Shown: positions 18,846 to 29,520 of the stretch, piece after piece
Layout of the letters: each line of letters opens with the position of its first letter
Position numbering within the stretch: the stretch's first letter is position 1
Origin: Minisyncoccota bacterium
GTDB lineage: Bacteria > Patescibacteriota > Minisyncoccia > UBA6257 > GWB1-50-10
Reading direction: 5' to 3'
Assembly: GCA_020059585.1 (NCBI GenBank)
Contig: JAGVBU010000004.1
Span: 16,835 to 80,834, forward strand
Length of the DNA stretch: 64,000 bases
The notes under the pieces: generated by a model
What the model was told of the DNA's origin: nothing
What the model saw: the letters and a program-made list of their open reading frames with translations, nothing else
Database searches by the model: none
Translations under genes and position numbers: made by a program

Positions 18846-19574
18846 GTGGGGAACGATATGGCTATATATTCGTTGTCCATGAAAAAATTTCTAAAAATAT
18901 TTTCTTTCATTGCAATATCCGCTGCATTTTTTTTCTTTGCCGCGCGAAGCGATAAGGGATCTGGTTTCTTCGATCCCGCGCGCGCTTTCTTTAGATCTTT
19001 ATCGGACGCATACGTGTCTCGCGAGGAGATTATTGCGTTAAGATTGGAAAATCAATCTCTTTCTCGCGAACTCGCAGTCTTAGTGGAAAAATCGGAGAAA
19101 GCTCCTGATTATCATTATAAAACCGCGGCGGTATATTCGCGCTATCCCTCGAATGACCGTTCGTCGATAGTTATTTCAATAGGAACGGAAGATGGGGTTG
19201 TCCCCGGAATGCCGGTGATGGTTCGCGATGGGGTTTTATTTGGAAAGATACGAAGTGTTGCGCGAACGCAGAGTGAAGTGGAAACAATATTCAGTCCGCG
19301 GTGGAAAAGCAGTGTGCGCATAGGCGCTACGAATGCGAAAGCTGTATTGCAAGGTGGCGCTGTCCCTTCGATCACTCTCATTTCGAAAGAAGAATCCGTG
19401 CGAGAAGGGGAAAGCGTAGTAAACATTTCTCCCGAATTTCCCTTATACGCGTCTTTGGGTAAAATAGAGTCCCTTGAATCTTCACCGAACGATGTATGGC
19501 AGCACGGTATGCTTGAAATTTCGTATGAGCTTCAGGATATTTCGTCGGTGTTTGTGCTTCTTGATTTTCCGTAG
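18846..19574 (+). CDS. mreC: rod shape-determining protein MreC
   Basis: N-terminal TM, coiled-coil region (ENQSLSRELAVL) and C-terminal beta domain; operon position. Confidence 0.7.
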   Translation: MGNDMAIYSLSMKKFLKIFSFIAISAAFFFFAARSDKGSGFFDPARAFFRSLSDAYVSREEIIALRLENQSLSRELAVLVEKSEKAPDYHYKTAAVYSRYPSNDRSSIVISIGTEDGVVPGMPVMVRDGVLFGKIRSVARTQSEVETIFSPRWKSSVRIGATNAKAVLQGGAVPSITLISKEESVREGESVVNISPEFPLYASLGKIESLESSPNDVWQHGMLEISYELQDISSVFVLLDFP

Positions 19575-19576
19575 TT

Positions 19577-20092
19577 ATGAATAAATACGCAAATTTTTTC
19601 ATTATATGCCTTGCAGGATCCGTGCTTTTTTTTGTTCAGCAGTCGCGTGTTTTTGAAATATACGGAACGAATCCAAATCTTCTTCTTTTGTTTCTTCTTT
19701 TATGCGTATTTTTCGGAAGAATTTCATATGCATATGCCGCCTCCCTCTCTGTTTTTTTTATAGTCCTTATTTTTTTCTTATTCCCTTTTTTGAAAATGTG
19801 GATTTTCTCCGTACTCTCTGTTTTTTTTCTTGCGCTGTGGACAAAAAGAAGAATGACGGGAAATTCATCGACCGATTTTTTTGTGTGGGTTCTTTTAGGA
19901 ACACCCATTTTTTATGTGGTGTCGGAAATCGTTCTTAATATATATGAACACGGTATAAACATTGTCGATTTCTCTTTTCTCTTTCATACGTTTTTCATAC
20001 GGGAAGTCGCGTATAATATGTTATGGGCAGCCGCTTTATGGTTTTTTGCCGTGAAAACCATACGTATTCCGCGCCGTATTTCGCAATTATGA
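19577..20092 (+). CDS. mreD: rod shape-determining protein MreD (polytopic membrane protein)
   Basis: Multi-TM hydrophobic 171-aa protein located between mreC and PBP2. Confidence 0.5.
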   Translation: MNKYANFFIICLAGSVLFFVQQSRVFEIYGTNPNLLLLFLLLCVFFGRISYAYAASLSVFFIVLIFFLFPFLKMWIFSVLSVFFLALWTKRRMTGNSSTDFFVWVLLGTPIFYVVSEIVLNIYEHGINIVDFSFLFHTFFIREVAYNMLWAAALWFFAVKTIRIPRRISQL

Positions 20093-21948
20093 CTCACTCA
20101 GACCTTCATCTTGAAGACGTATTGACGGATCGCTCCGATGATGCCGATCTTCTTGAAATTCCCGTTGCCGACAAAGTGTTTCGGGTTTTTATATTAATTA
20201 CAGGAGTACTTTTTCTCGCGCTCGCCTCTGAGATTCTCTATTTGAATATGGGAAAGGGCGATTTTTTTGAAAAAAGAGCCGCTGCCAACATGAGTGACGA
20301 AAAAGTTCAACCAGCCGCGCGCGGGATTATTTTTGATCGTTTTGGAAAACCTCTTTTACGCAATGAGCCCGCAAATAAGATATTTATTTTACCAAGAGAT
20401 TTTCCGGAATCTCCCGAAGAACGAGTAGAGCTTCTCCGGAAAATAGGGGATACGCTTGATATTCCATGGGATGATCTTAGGAGAAGGATTGAAGAGAAAG
20501 ATTGGGGACAGAGCGACAAGTTCCTTATTAGCGCGGACGCGACTCACAATCAAATGGTCGCGCTTACCGCATTTGGCATAAAGGGAGTATACATAGAACC
20601 TAGCTTTAAGCGAATACACGAAGTTCCCCTCGCGTTTTCGCACGTTCTTGGATATACGGGTCTTGTGAATGTAACGGATATGAAAAATAACGAATCTCTT
20701 GCGATTGATGATGAAATCGGTCGCGCGGGAATCGAAGCTTATTATGATACGTATTTAAGGGGAGTGAACGGAAAAGAAGTTTTTTATCGGAATGCGAGAG
20801 GAAAAATAGAAGAACAACGCTCTGTTCGAGAGCCTGCGCCGGGGAACACTCTCATTACGAATATTGATCGTGATTTACAGCACGTCATGTATACTCGTCT
20901 TTCCGATGCGCTTTCTTCTTTGGGGCGTAATGTGGGGGCAGCGATCGCGATGAATCCGAAGAATGGAGAAATCCTCGGGTTCGTGAATATTCCAAGTTTT
21001 GACGCAAGAAATATACAGGCGGCGATTTCGGCCCCGTTTGAACCTCTTTTTAACAGAGCAGTAAGCGGTCTTTATAATCCGGGGTCGACGATAAAACCCC
21101 TTGTAGGTGTCGCGGCGCTTACCGAGGGGGTGATAGACACTACCACAAAAATTTTTTCCAAAGGATACATAGAAGTTCCTAATCCTTACAATCCCTCGCA
21201 GCCGGGGAGATTTCTCGATTGGCAGCCGAATGGATGGGTGGATATTTATGACGCGCTCGCAAAGTCGAGTAACATCTATTTTTATGAGGTTACGGGAGGA
21301 TTTGAGAATCAGCGAGGGATTGGAATTGAGGCCCTGAAACGGTGGTGGCAGAAATTCATGCTTGATAAAAAGACGGGGATCGATATTGCGGGAGAGCGTC
21401 AAGGATTTCTTCCCGACCCAGAATGGAAGGAAGAAGAAAAAAATGACCAATGGAGAGTGGGAGATACCTATAACGTAAGTATCGGTCAGGGAGATCTTCT
21501 TGTAACCCCTATCGCGCTTTTAAACTATATTTCTGCAATCGCAAACGGTGGGGTATTTTATAAACCAAGGATTGTAAAAGAAATCCGCGCCGACGAATTT
21601 GTGGTATTCGAGAATAAAATGGAGTCCATAGCGGATATTAGGAACGATATTCGGGATCACGTTGAGGATGTACGCGAGGGAATGAGAAGGGTGGTAACCG
21701 AACCGTATGGAAGTGCTCATTCGCTTTCGCAAATTCCAATGGAGATTGCTGCAAAAACAGGCACCGCGCAAGTACAAAACAACGCAAAGGTAAATGCTTT
21801 TTTTGTGGGTTTTGCTCCATTCAACGATCCTGAAATAGCACTTCTTATTCTTGTTGAAAATGCGCGTGAAGGGAGTCTAAATACAATACCTGTAGCAAAG
21901 GATATTTTCCTGTGGTATTATGAAAACCGCCTAGATACGCGACAATAA
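20089..21948 (+). CDS. mrdA: penicillin-binding protein 2 (class B transpeptidase)
   Basis: SxxK (GSTIKP), SxN and KTGT (KTGTAQ) motifs. ATGA overlap with the mreD stop. Confidence 0.85.
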   Translation: MTHSDLHLEDVLTDRSDDADLLEIPVADKVFRVFILITGVLFLALASEILYLNMGKGDFFEKRAAANMSDEKVQPAARGIIFDRFGKPLLRNEPANKIFILPRDFPESPEERVELLRKIGDTLDIPWDDLRRRIEEKDWGQSDKFLISADATHNQMVALTAFGIKGVYIEPSFKRIHEVPLAFSHVLGYTGLVNVTDMKNNESLAIDDEIGRAGIEAYYDTYLRGVNGKEVFYRNARGKIEEQRSVREPAPGNTLITNIDRDLQHVMYTRLSDALSSLGRNVGAAIAMNPKNGEILGFVNIPSFDARNIQAAISAPFEPLFNRAVSGLYNPGSTIKPLVGVAALTEGVIDTTTKIFSKGYIEVPNPYNPSQPGRFLDWQPNGWVDIYDALAKSSNIYFYEVTGGFENQRGIGIEALKRWWQKFMLDKKTGIDIAGERQGFLPDPEWKEEEKNDQWRVGDTYNVSIGQGDLLVTPIALLNYISAIANGGVFYKPRIVKEIRADEFVVFENKMESIADIRNDIRDHVEDVREGMRRVVTEPYGSAHSLSQIPMEIAAKTGTAQVQNNAKVNAFFVGFAPFNDPEIALLILVENAREGSLNTIPVAKDIFLWYYENRLDTRQ

Positions 21949-22070
21949 AAGAGAATTCCGCCGAAGATTATGGCGGTGCGTTTCAGGGTGATTCTAAAAA
22001 CATTAGATATTATGTCGACAAAAACTAACAACATCGGATTTCCGGTATCCGGAATCCTTTTCTAAATACA

Positions 22071-22532
22071 ATGGACGCCACATACCTTACGCAGGATAAA
22101 TATGATGAACTCATGAAGGAGCTTGAGGAATTAAAGACGGGAGGGCGGCGAGAAGTCGCGGAACGATTGAAGCATGCGAAAGAATTGGGAGATTTATCCG
22201 AAAATTCTGAATATCAGGAAGCGCGGGAACAACAATCAAGAATTGAACAGAAGATAAGTCAACTTGAAGATCTTCTTCGCAGCGTTTCTATTATAGAAAA
22301 GTCTTCCGCGGGAAACACGGTGATAAAAATAGGATCTCGCGTGACAGTCGAGAAGGGCGGTCAATCAATTGCGTATACTATTGTGGGCTCTCAGGATGCT
22401 GACCCCGCGCTTGGAAAGATATCGAACGAATCGCCTATAGGGAGGAGTCTTCTTGGGCTTTCCGTGGGAGCGTCCGCGCACGTTACCACCCCGAAAGGCG
22501 ATGTGGCGATAAAAGTGCTTCGTATAGAGTAA
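22071..22532 (+). CDS. greA: transcription elongation factor GreA
   Basis: N-terminal coiled coil ...GDLSENSEYQEAREQQ... and C-terminal FKBP-like domain. Confidence 0.9.
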   Translation: MDATYLTQDKYDELMKELEELKTGGRREVAERLKHAKELGDLSENSEYQEAREQQSRIEQKISQLEDLLRSVSIIEKSSAGNTVIKIGSRVTVEKGGQSIAYTIVGSQDADPALGKISNESPIGRSLLGLSVGASAHVTTPKGDVAIKVLRIE

Positions 22533-22536
22533 TATT

Positions 22537-23982
22537 ATGATTGACGATCTCATCCGCGAGCGCGAGAAAAAGCTTGCGCGATATGAAACAAAAAAAAACG
22601 CGTTTCCTGCTTCGGTAAGGAGGACCGCGTCGATTTCTGATCTTCTTTCTAATTTTGATACAATCGCATCTTCAGAAGAAAAGATTTTTCTTGTAGGAAG
22701 GGTATATGCGTGGAGAGATCAGGGGAAAATAATTTTTGCGGATGTGCGTGATGAGCGTGGAAAGATACAGGCAGTGTTAAGCGAGAAAGAAACAAAAGAA
22801 ATAGAGTTTATAAAAGAGACGATAGACATAGGAGATTTTATTGAGGTAAAAGGCGTTTTTTTCTCAACTCAGCGGGGAGAAAAAAGCATTCGCGTGGAGG
22901 AGATGAGAATTATCGCGAAGACAATGCGTCCAATTCCGTCCTCATGGTATGGGGTTACTGACGAAGATATCCGTTTCAGAAAAAGATATCTCGACTTTCT
23001 GCTTAACGAAGAATCAAGAGACATATTTAGAAAAAAAAGAATCTTTTGGGATGCGGTGCGGAGCTTTCTGAATGAGTACGGTTTTTTTGAGGTGGAGATG
23101 CCTGTTCTTGAGCCTGTTCCTGGCGGCGCCGAGGCGGAACCATTTGTTACTCATCATAATGCGCTTGATGAGGATTTTTATCTCAGAATATCGCTTGAGT
23201 TACCTCTTAAAAAAATGCTGGTGGGAGGATTTGATAGCGTGTTTGAAATAGGGAGGATATTTAGAAATGAGGGTATCGATAGAGAACATTTACAGGATTA
23301 TACGCAGATGGAGTGTTATAGGGCCTATTGGGATTATCGGGATATGATGAAATTCGTGGAGGCGATGTACAAATCAGTCATCAAAAAAACATTTGGAACA
23401 CTTGCACTACAATGGAATGACAGTGTGATTAATTGGGACAACGCATGGCCGACAATCGAGTATTACGATGTTTTTCAGAAAGAATCGGGGATTGATTTGA
23501 AAACAGCATCGTTTGAAACTCTTTGCGAAAAAGCGGTCTCGCTCGGAATTTCTCTTGAGGGAATCGCGGGAAAGGGAAGAGTTATTGACCTTATTTATAA
23601 AAAAACGGTACGTCCGAAGCTTATAAATCCGTGTTTTCTCGTGAATCCTCCAGTTGAAATAGAGCCGCTCGCAAAGAGAATGGAAAACGACAAGGGACGC
23701 GTGGAACGTTTTCAGATTGTTGCGTATGGAACCGAGCTGGGGAAGGGGTTTTCAGAACTCAATGACCCAAGAGATCAGCGAGAGCGTTTCGAGGAGCAGA
23801 TGAGGCTCCGTGAGGCGGGTGATTCCGAGGCGCAGTATATCGATGAAAGTTTTCTTGAGGCTCTTGAGTACGGCATGCCTCCCGCAGGAGGATTCGGAAT
23901 GTCCGAAAGGCTCTTTTCCGTAGTGCTTGGAAAATCAATCAGGGAAACAGTTATTTTTCCCTTAATGAGAGGAGAAAAATAA
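22537..23982 (+). CDS. lysS: lysine--tRNA ligase (class II)
   Basis: N-terminal OB fold; class II motifs ...FRNEGID..H..EFT..E.Y... Confidence 0.9.
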   Translation: MIDDLIREREKKLARYETKKNAFPASVRRTASISDLLSNFDTIASSEEKIFLVGRVYAWRDQGKIIFADVRDERGKIQAVLSEKETKEIEFIKETIDIGDFIEVKGVFFSTQRGEKSIRVEEMRIIAKTMRPIPSSWYGVTDEDIRFRKRYLDFLLNEESRDIFRKKRIFWDAVRSFLNEYGFFEVEMPVLEPVPGGAEAEPFVTHHNALDEDFYLRISLELPLKKMLVGGFDSVFEIGRIFRNEGIDREHLQDYTQMECYRAYWDYRDMMKFVEAMYKSVIKKTFGTLALQWNDSVINWDNAWPTIEYYDVFQKESGIDLKTASFETLCEKAVSLGISLEGIAGKGRVIDLIYKKTVRPKLINPCFLVNPPVEIEPLAKRMENDKGRVERFQIVAYGTELGKGFSELNDPRDQRERFEEQMRLREAGDSEAQYIDESFLEALEYGMPPAGGFGMSERLFSVVLGKSIRETVIFPLMRGEK

Positions 23983-23993
23983 AACATATCACT

Positions 23994-25253
23994 ATGCTTG
24001 ATGTAAATATATTAAGAAACGATCCAGATCGCGCGAAGAGTCTTCTTCTTAGGAAAAATATAGATCCGAAGGCGGTGGATAAATTTATGCGTCTCGATAC
24101 GGATTGGCGTCAGAAGACGGCGACGCTCGACGCCCTGAAAGCAGAGCAGAATGCGCTTACAAAAGAGATGGGAAGCGCGGAAAATAGAGAAGAACTTCTT
24201 TCGAAGGCGCAGATATTAAAAAAACGAATCGCGGAGATTTCGGAAGATAGAGATTCGCTTGAAAAGAAGAGGGATGAGGCATTCGGACGACTTCCAAACC
24301 TTCCGTTTGAGGATGTGGTGCAGGGAAAAGACGAAAGTGAAAATAAAGTGATACGCGAAGTTGGAACGATTCCCGTGTTTGATTTTGAGCCGAAAGATTA
24401 TCTGACGATCGCCCAATCTCTTAAGCTTGTTGATACGGAGACCGCGGCGAAAGTTTCAGGAAGCCGTTTTGGATATCTTATGAACGAAGGAGCTCTTTTG
24501 GAATTCGCGCTTCTTCGTCTCGCGCTCGACACTGTATTACCTCATGGGTTCACTCCGGTCATACCTCCCATAATGATTCGTCCGGAAGTGTATGAGGGTA
24601 TAGGACGTCTCGCTGCCGATCAGAAGGAGGAAAGATACTATATAGAAAAAGATGATATCTATCTTGTGGGAAGCGCGGAACATACTCTCATTCCTCTTCA
24701 TATAGGACAAACATTGAACGAAGAAGAACTCCCGAAACGATATGTGGGATTTTCAACATGTTTTCGACGTGAGGCCGGATCATATGGAAAAGACACGCGA
24801 GGAATTTTACGCGTACATCAATTCGATAAAATCGAGTTTATATCATTCGTAATGCCCGAAGATTCAGAAAAAGAGCACCTCTTTCTTCTTTCGTTGCAGG
24901 AGGCGCTTATGCAAAAACTTGAATTGCCGTACCGCGTTGTTGAAAATTGCACTGGAGATATGGGGTGGACGGATGCGCGACAATTCGATATAGAGGCATG
25001 GTTTCCCTCCCAGAATAAATACCGTGAGACTCATTCGTGCTCGAATACCACAGATTTTCAATCGAGGGGTATTGGTACGAAATATAAAACGCGAGAGGGG
25101 AAAAAGGGGCTTGTATATACGCTGAACGCAACAGGGTTTTCTCAGCGTCCGATCCTCGCGATCCTCGAGAATTTCCAGACAAAAGAGGGTACGGTGAGGG
25201 TTCCGAAGGCGCTCCGCGACTATGTAGGGAAGAGTGAAATAACTCCAAAATAA
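23994..25253 (+). CDS. serS: serine--tRNA ligase
   Basis: N-terminal coiled coil and a class II core (...FRREAGS..KDTRGI.RVHQFDKIE..). Confidence 0.9.
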   Translation: MLDVNILRNDPDRAKSLLLRKNIDPKAVDKFMRLDTDWRQKTATLDALKAEQNALTKEMGSAENREELLSKAQILKKRIAEISEDRDSLEKKRDEAFGRLPNLPFEDVVQGKDESENKVIREVGTIPVFDFEPKDYLTIAQSLKLVDTETAAKVSGSRFGYLMNEGALLEFALLRLALDTVLPHGFTPVIPPIMIRPEVYEGIGRLAADQKEERYYIEKDDIYLVGSAEHTLIPLHIGQTLNEEELPKRYVGFSTCFRREAGSYGKDTRGILRVHQFDKIEFISFVMPEDSEKEHLFLLSLQEALMQKLELPYRVVENCTGDMGWTDARQFDIEAWFPSQNKYRETHSCSNTTDFQSRGIGTKYKTREGKKGLVYTLNATGFSQRPILAILENFQTKEGTVRVPKALRDYVGKSEITPK

Positions 25254-25266
25254 TTTCCGCGAAAGC

Positions 25267-25297
25267 AAACTCCCGTGTAAAGACGGGAGTTTTATTG
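25267..25297 (+). terminator. rho-independent terminator after serS
   Basis: CTCCCGT-GTAAAG-ACGGGAG stem followed by a T-run. Confidence 0.5.
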
Positions 25298-25322
25298 CTA
25301 CAATATATAGAAAGTAATAACT

Positions 25323-26003
25323 ATGCGGTTTTTTAAAGTACTTTTTTGGATGTGCGTATGCGCTGCCGTTGCGTATGGCGGATATTTTGCGTATGAGCGC
25401 TGGTGGAACAGCGATCTCGCGGGGACGGTTGAGGGTATTTCCGTCAAAGCCATCCAAGACGGTTCAAGCGAACTTGTGGGAAAAGTGGGGGATGCCGCAA
25501 AAGAAAGTGCCTCAAATTATATAAAAGGTGCCGCTGCGGAGATATTTTATTCTCTTGGTGAAAAGTTAAATTCTTTTGCAGCCTCAATCGTAGGAGAGGC
25601 AAATGAACCGAGAGAAACACATGTAGTCGCATCGTCTTCAGACGCGGGAACAGAGACCGTGTCCGAAGAGAGTTCGAATGATTCGGCGGCTTCCTCAAAT
25701 ACTTCTGGCGGAGCGATTTCTTTGGAGTATACGGCGCGCAATGAATATCTCACTCCTCCTCCTTTTGCGACTATTGTCGCGAAGACTCGCGTTCCATTCT
25801 CATTTTCTATTAATCGCGCCGGAGTGTCATATTTGATTAACTGGGGGGATGGAACCGTATCAAAGGGAGTTGTTCCCTCAGGAAATTCATTTATTGTATC
25901 CCATGAGTGGGAGAAACAGGGAGATTACATGGCGCAAGTCGATATTCGCGAGGATGGAGCGCAAAAATATTTTTATTCATTCCCCGTAAGAATTTATGAG
26001 TAA
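25323..26003 (+). CDS. membrane-anchored protein with PKD-like domain
   Basis: N-terminal TM, a Ser/Ala-rich linker and a C-terminal ...INWGDGT...H.W...GDY.A.V... PKD-like motif. Confidence 0.4.
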   Translation: MRFFKVLFWMCVCAAVAYGGYFAYERWWNSDLAGTVEGISVKAIQDGSSELVGKVGDAAKESASNYIKGAAAEIFYSLGEKLNSFAASIVGEANEPRETHVVASSSDAGTETVSEESSNDSAASSNTSGGAISLEYTARNEYLTPPPFATIVAKTRVPFSFSINRAGVSYLINWGDGTVSKGVVPSGNSFIVSHEWEKQGDYMAQVDIREDGAQKYFYSFPVRIYE

Positions 26004-26817
26004 TTATTCATACGCGCCTCAGCGCGATGGTTATGTATTTTCGAAAAACCGCAAAAAAAGAATGAGCGGATTTCGTATTCTCCTCGTCTCTTTTATTGTG
26101 CTTGCGGTGTGCTGCGTGGGAGTTCTTTACTTTATTTTCTTTGGAAGTTTTTGGAATGTCGCATCGATACGCGTTGAGGGATCGAGGCTTCTTGAAGATT
26201 CGTCTTTTATATCGACTACAATCGCCGAGTTGCACGCCCGAAGTGATAGTACCCGCATTATGGGGCATGACAACATGCTTTTTTGGATGTTCAGAAAAAA
26301 TCCAATGATTATCGGACATATTCCTGAAGCGAAGGAAATTTCTATTGTTACTGATTTTCCGGAGAGGACGGTGCATATACGCGTTATTGAGAGGACTATA
26401 CGCGCGGTAGCGTGTGTGCACGATACATCCGAATGCTACGGAATCGATAGTGAGGGGATGGTGTTTTCTCGGGTTCCTTGGATTGAAGGAACGCTTATTC
26501 CGCGATTTGAAAGCGCTCCGGAGAATGCGATTTTGGTGGGAAAAAAATATTTTAAGAAAAACGAATGGCTTCAGAACGTCCTTGCGAGCGTTGCGATATT
26601 GGAAGGAAAAGGATTTATCCCTTCGTTTATAAGAATTAAGGAGGAACACACCGAAGAATGGGAAGCGGTGATGCCCTCAGGGATTGTTTTTTATTTCAGT
26701 CTCAGTTTCGTTCCATCAGACCTTGAGAGAATAATCGATGATATTGCAACTCGTGTGGCGCTTGAAGGAATTTCCTATTTTGACTTAAGAATTGAAAATA
26801 AAGTCTATTATAAATGA
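25996..26817 (+). CDS. FtsQ/DivIB-like cell division protein (putative)
   Basis: Basic N-terminus, a single TM and a POTRA-like region (ASIRVEGSRLL...). Confidence 0.4.
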   Translation: MSNYSYAPQRDGYVFSKNRKKRMSGFRILLVSFIVLAVCCVGVLYFIFFGSFWNVASIRVEGSRLLEDSSFISTTIAELHARSDSTRIMGHDNMLFWMFRKNPMIIGHIPEAKEISIVTDFPERTVHIRVIERTIRAVACVHDTSECYGIDSEGMVFSRVPWIEGTLIPRFESAPENAILVGKKYFKKNEWLQNVLASVAILEGKGFIPSFIRIKEEHTEEWEAVMPSGIVFYFSLSFVPSDLERIIDDIATRVALEGISYFDLRIENKVYYK

Positions 26818-28673
26818 TAGATAAAAATTGACGTCCCCGCGCGGAAATCGGGAAGGGGAATATTCGCCATTCCTGAGGTGGCTTCATCTCTTAATTCTCG
26901 AAGCCATTCATAACGCTTTTCTTCCTTCATTTGGAATCCTTCCGTCTCTTTTGCGAACGCTTGAGTGAGCGAATTCACGGATATAGCGATCCATTCTATA
27001 TTTTCTTCCTTAGGATTTCCCCGCGATCCCCACCAACGTTCCACGTGATTTTTCCCAAGATAGAATTCGGGATCTCCCGCTCCGAAATAATCAACGGCAA
27101 TTTTTTCCACGATGATTCCCTGTGTTTCCATTTCTTTCTTCCATAACGCGAGCCTTTTTAAATCCTGTCCCCAATCATAATTTGAATCTGTGGCGATGTT
27201 GTATCCGTATGTTGTTCCCCCTCCGAATATATTGAAGAAAGAAAGAAAATAGGGATATGAAGCGAACGATTGTATTCCCGCGCCTATAATGAACCCGAAA
27301 ATAAGAATACTTCTTATATATTTTCCTATTTTCCATTCACTCCGAGATTCGATGAATGTTTTTATGGAATTTGCCGAGAGTATGTACATAAGGGGAATTA
27401 CAGGGAGAAGATGGCGCATGCCTATGTTAAGCGTACTATTCAGACTCCACATCCAATACAACAGTACGAATACAATCATTGAAAATTCAGGTATATGTGT
27501 CCCGATGTATTCTGAGGCTCTTTTGAGGCGCATCTTTTGTTTTGCTGAAGAGAAGACACTCCATATCCCTGCAATTATTCCGAACCCAATAAGAAGGAGT
27601 CCTAGAAGAGTTTCTTTTGTTGCGAAGATTACGGGAAAATAATGTCCCCATCCCACATTAGTGACCTCACCGAGAAAATATCCCGTGTTTCCTCCTGACG
27701 ATCGTTGGATCACCATCAGAATACCGAGAAGATATTCACCAAGAGGACGGAGAATCGTGTTTCCCGCGAGAAATATATTCAAATCCTTAAGGAAAGGGGG
27801 AGAAAATCCTTCTAACAGCACCGTAGTGTCATATAATTGCCGATCCAGAGGATAATGAAGCGTGAAAAGAAAATATACTGCGTATATGGCAATTATTCCT
27901 ATGAGAAATATCCCCGCAAGCGATTTTCCGTAAAACCAAAGACGTCGCATTGGACGATATGATTCGTTTTCTCTATTTCTATACCATTCTGCTGAAAACG
28001 AAATAAGCGTAAGCGCGCCATAAAGAGGGATAAGGAGTACGTTTGAAAATTTGAGCAGCTCTGCTATTCCGAAACATATTCCCGCGATCCAAATTTTTTT
28101 CCTCGAGGGAAATGTGAGAAACGATGAAAAAGAAAATATTCCCATGAGTACTCCGAGCGTTGCGCCGATATCGGTTGTCACATAGTGTCCGTGCGCAAGA
28201 ATAGTCGGGGAGAGTCCAAAGAGTGCCGCGGGAATAAGAGCCCACCATGGTCCCATGAGCTCTCTCGCCCAAAAAAAGATAATAAATACGGAAATGAGCG
28301 TGAGCAAGATGGGTAGTATGCGCGCCCAGAATATTATTTCATCCGCGTCGTTTCCTGAATGATAGAGAAACTCTATTCCCGCATCCCATTGCCCGTTGAC
28401 GTCGCGATCCCAGCTTTTATGTTCCGTGGGAAAACTTATATCAAGGAAAAGAAGGGGTATGCTTGAAAGTGCTTTTACAAGAGGGGGATGCTCGGGATTC
28501 AGCCGATAGTCAAAATAACGAACGTATCCGTATCCTGCGGGGATATGCGCGAGTTCATCCATGGTACCCGATTCTTCGCGTGCAGTGAGAAACATGAATA
28601 AAAATGAGGCGCACACGATTGCGGTGAGGATAAGAATAGAAACAACAGATCCCTTTTTGATAATTGGAGCCAT
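26808..28673 (-). CDS. GT-C membrane glycosyltransferase, family 39/ArnT/PMT-like
   Basis: DELAHIPAGYGY...NPEHPPLVK motif in the first periplasmic loop; more than 10 TM helices. Confidence 0.6.
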   Translation of the reverse strand: MAPIIKKGSVVSILILTAIVCASFLFMFLTAREESGTMDELAHIPAGYGYVRYFDYRLNPEHPPLVKALSSIPLLFLDISFPTEHKSWDRDVNGQWDAGIEFLYHSGNDADEIIFWARILPILLTLISVFIIFFWARELMGPWWALIPAALFGLSPTILAHGHYVTTDIGATLGVLMGIFSFSSFLTFPSRKKIWIAGICFGIAELLKFSNVLLIPLYGALTLISFSAEWYRNRENESYRPMRRLWFYGKSLAGIFLIGIIAIYAVYFLFTLHYPLDRQLYDTTVLLEGFSPPFLKDLNIFLAGNTILRPLGEYLLGILMVIQRSSGGNTGYFLGEVTNVGWGHYFPVIFATKETLLGLLLIGFGIIAGIWSVFSSAKQKMRLKRASEYIGTHIPEFSMIVFVLLYWMWSLNSTLNIGMRHLLPVIPLMYILSANSIKTFIESRSEWKIGKYIRSILIFGFIIGAGIQSFASYPYFLSFFNIFGGGTTYGYNIATDSNYDWGQDLKRLALWKKEMETQGIIVEKIAVDYFGAGDPEFYLGKNHVERWWGSRGNPKEENIEWIAISVNSLTQAFAKETEGFQMKEEKRYEWLRELRDEATSGMANIPLPDFRAGTSIFIYHL

Positions 28674-28702
28674 TTTGCTATCATTATAGTATACATTTTT
28701 CC

Positions 28703-29500
28703 ATGAGAGAATTTTCTTTTCGCGTAAAGGACGGTTTTTCGCTTGTTGAATTGCTTATTTATGTGGGCATCTTTTCAATAAGCGCGGTATTCCTTGTGAG
28801 TATTTTGACAGTGGTGACGCAAGTGCAAATGCGTCAGACCTCCATAGGGGAGGTGAATCAGCAACTCTCTTTCGTAAGCGATACAATAAAACGACTTGTG
28901 CAGACTTCGAGTCTTGTGGATATGCCCGCGGGAGTCGCTTCTTCAACGCTGTCTCTTCGTATGGCATCAAGTTCTCTCGACACGACAAGCGTATACGTGA
29001 GCAGTTCGGTGCTTTATATCGAAGAGAGTGATGATTCGGGAGTTGCGACGATTACGCCGCTTACGGATTCGAACGTCGTTGTGGATGATTTTTCCGTAAT
29101 AAAATATGAAAATCCCACGGGATTCTCAGTGGTGGGGCTTGGACTGACTCTTAGTTACAATACGACGCAGACGAGATCTAAAACGACCCGTTCCCTTCAA
29201 ACGGCGGTTGGCAGGATTTCTGCCGCGGAATTTGACTCGTCAGTATATCCGAACATCGACGGGAGTCACGATCTTGGAACCGCACTTAAGAAGTGGAAGG
29301 ATATTTATCTTTCGGGGGTGCTTGGAATCGGAGTTACAAGTTTCTCTTCTGGATATAAGATTGTGGTAAGCGGAGGAGATATTGCGACAAAAGACGCGAG
29401 TAAGGGATTTGTTGCAAAAACTCCGGACGGAACGGCGTGTTATCGGATAGGAGTTCTTGATACGGGGGCCGTCACCTCAACTTTGGTGTCATGCCCGTAA
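28703..29500 (+). CDS. type IV pilin/pseudopilin-like protein (class III signal peptide)
   Basis: ...KDG|FSLVELLIYVGIF... prepilin cleavage/methylation motif with Glu+5. Start chosen inside ORF 28664..29500. Confidence 0.65.
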   Translation: MREFSFRVKDGFSLVELLIYVGIFSISAVFLVSILTVVTQVQMRQTSIGEVNQQLSFVSDTIKRLVQTSSLVDMPAGVASSTLSLRMASSSLDTTSVYVSSSVLYIEESDDSGVATITPLTDSNVVVDDFSVIKYENPTGFSVVGLGLTLSYNTTQTRSKTTRSLQTAVGRISAAEFDSSVYPNIDGSHDLGTALKKWKDIYLSGVLGIGVTSFSSGYKIVVSGGDIATKDASKGFVAKTPDGTACYRIGVLDTGAVTSTLVSCP

Positions 29501-29520
29501 GATCTAATTAAAACATACAG

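Noticed and set aside
24864-25457. 197-aa and 113-aa minus-strand ORFs overlapping the serS 3' end
   Set aside because: They are antisense to serS and have no motifs. The terminator and promoter layout supports only plus-strand genes here.
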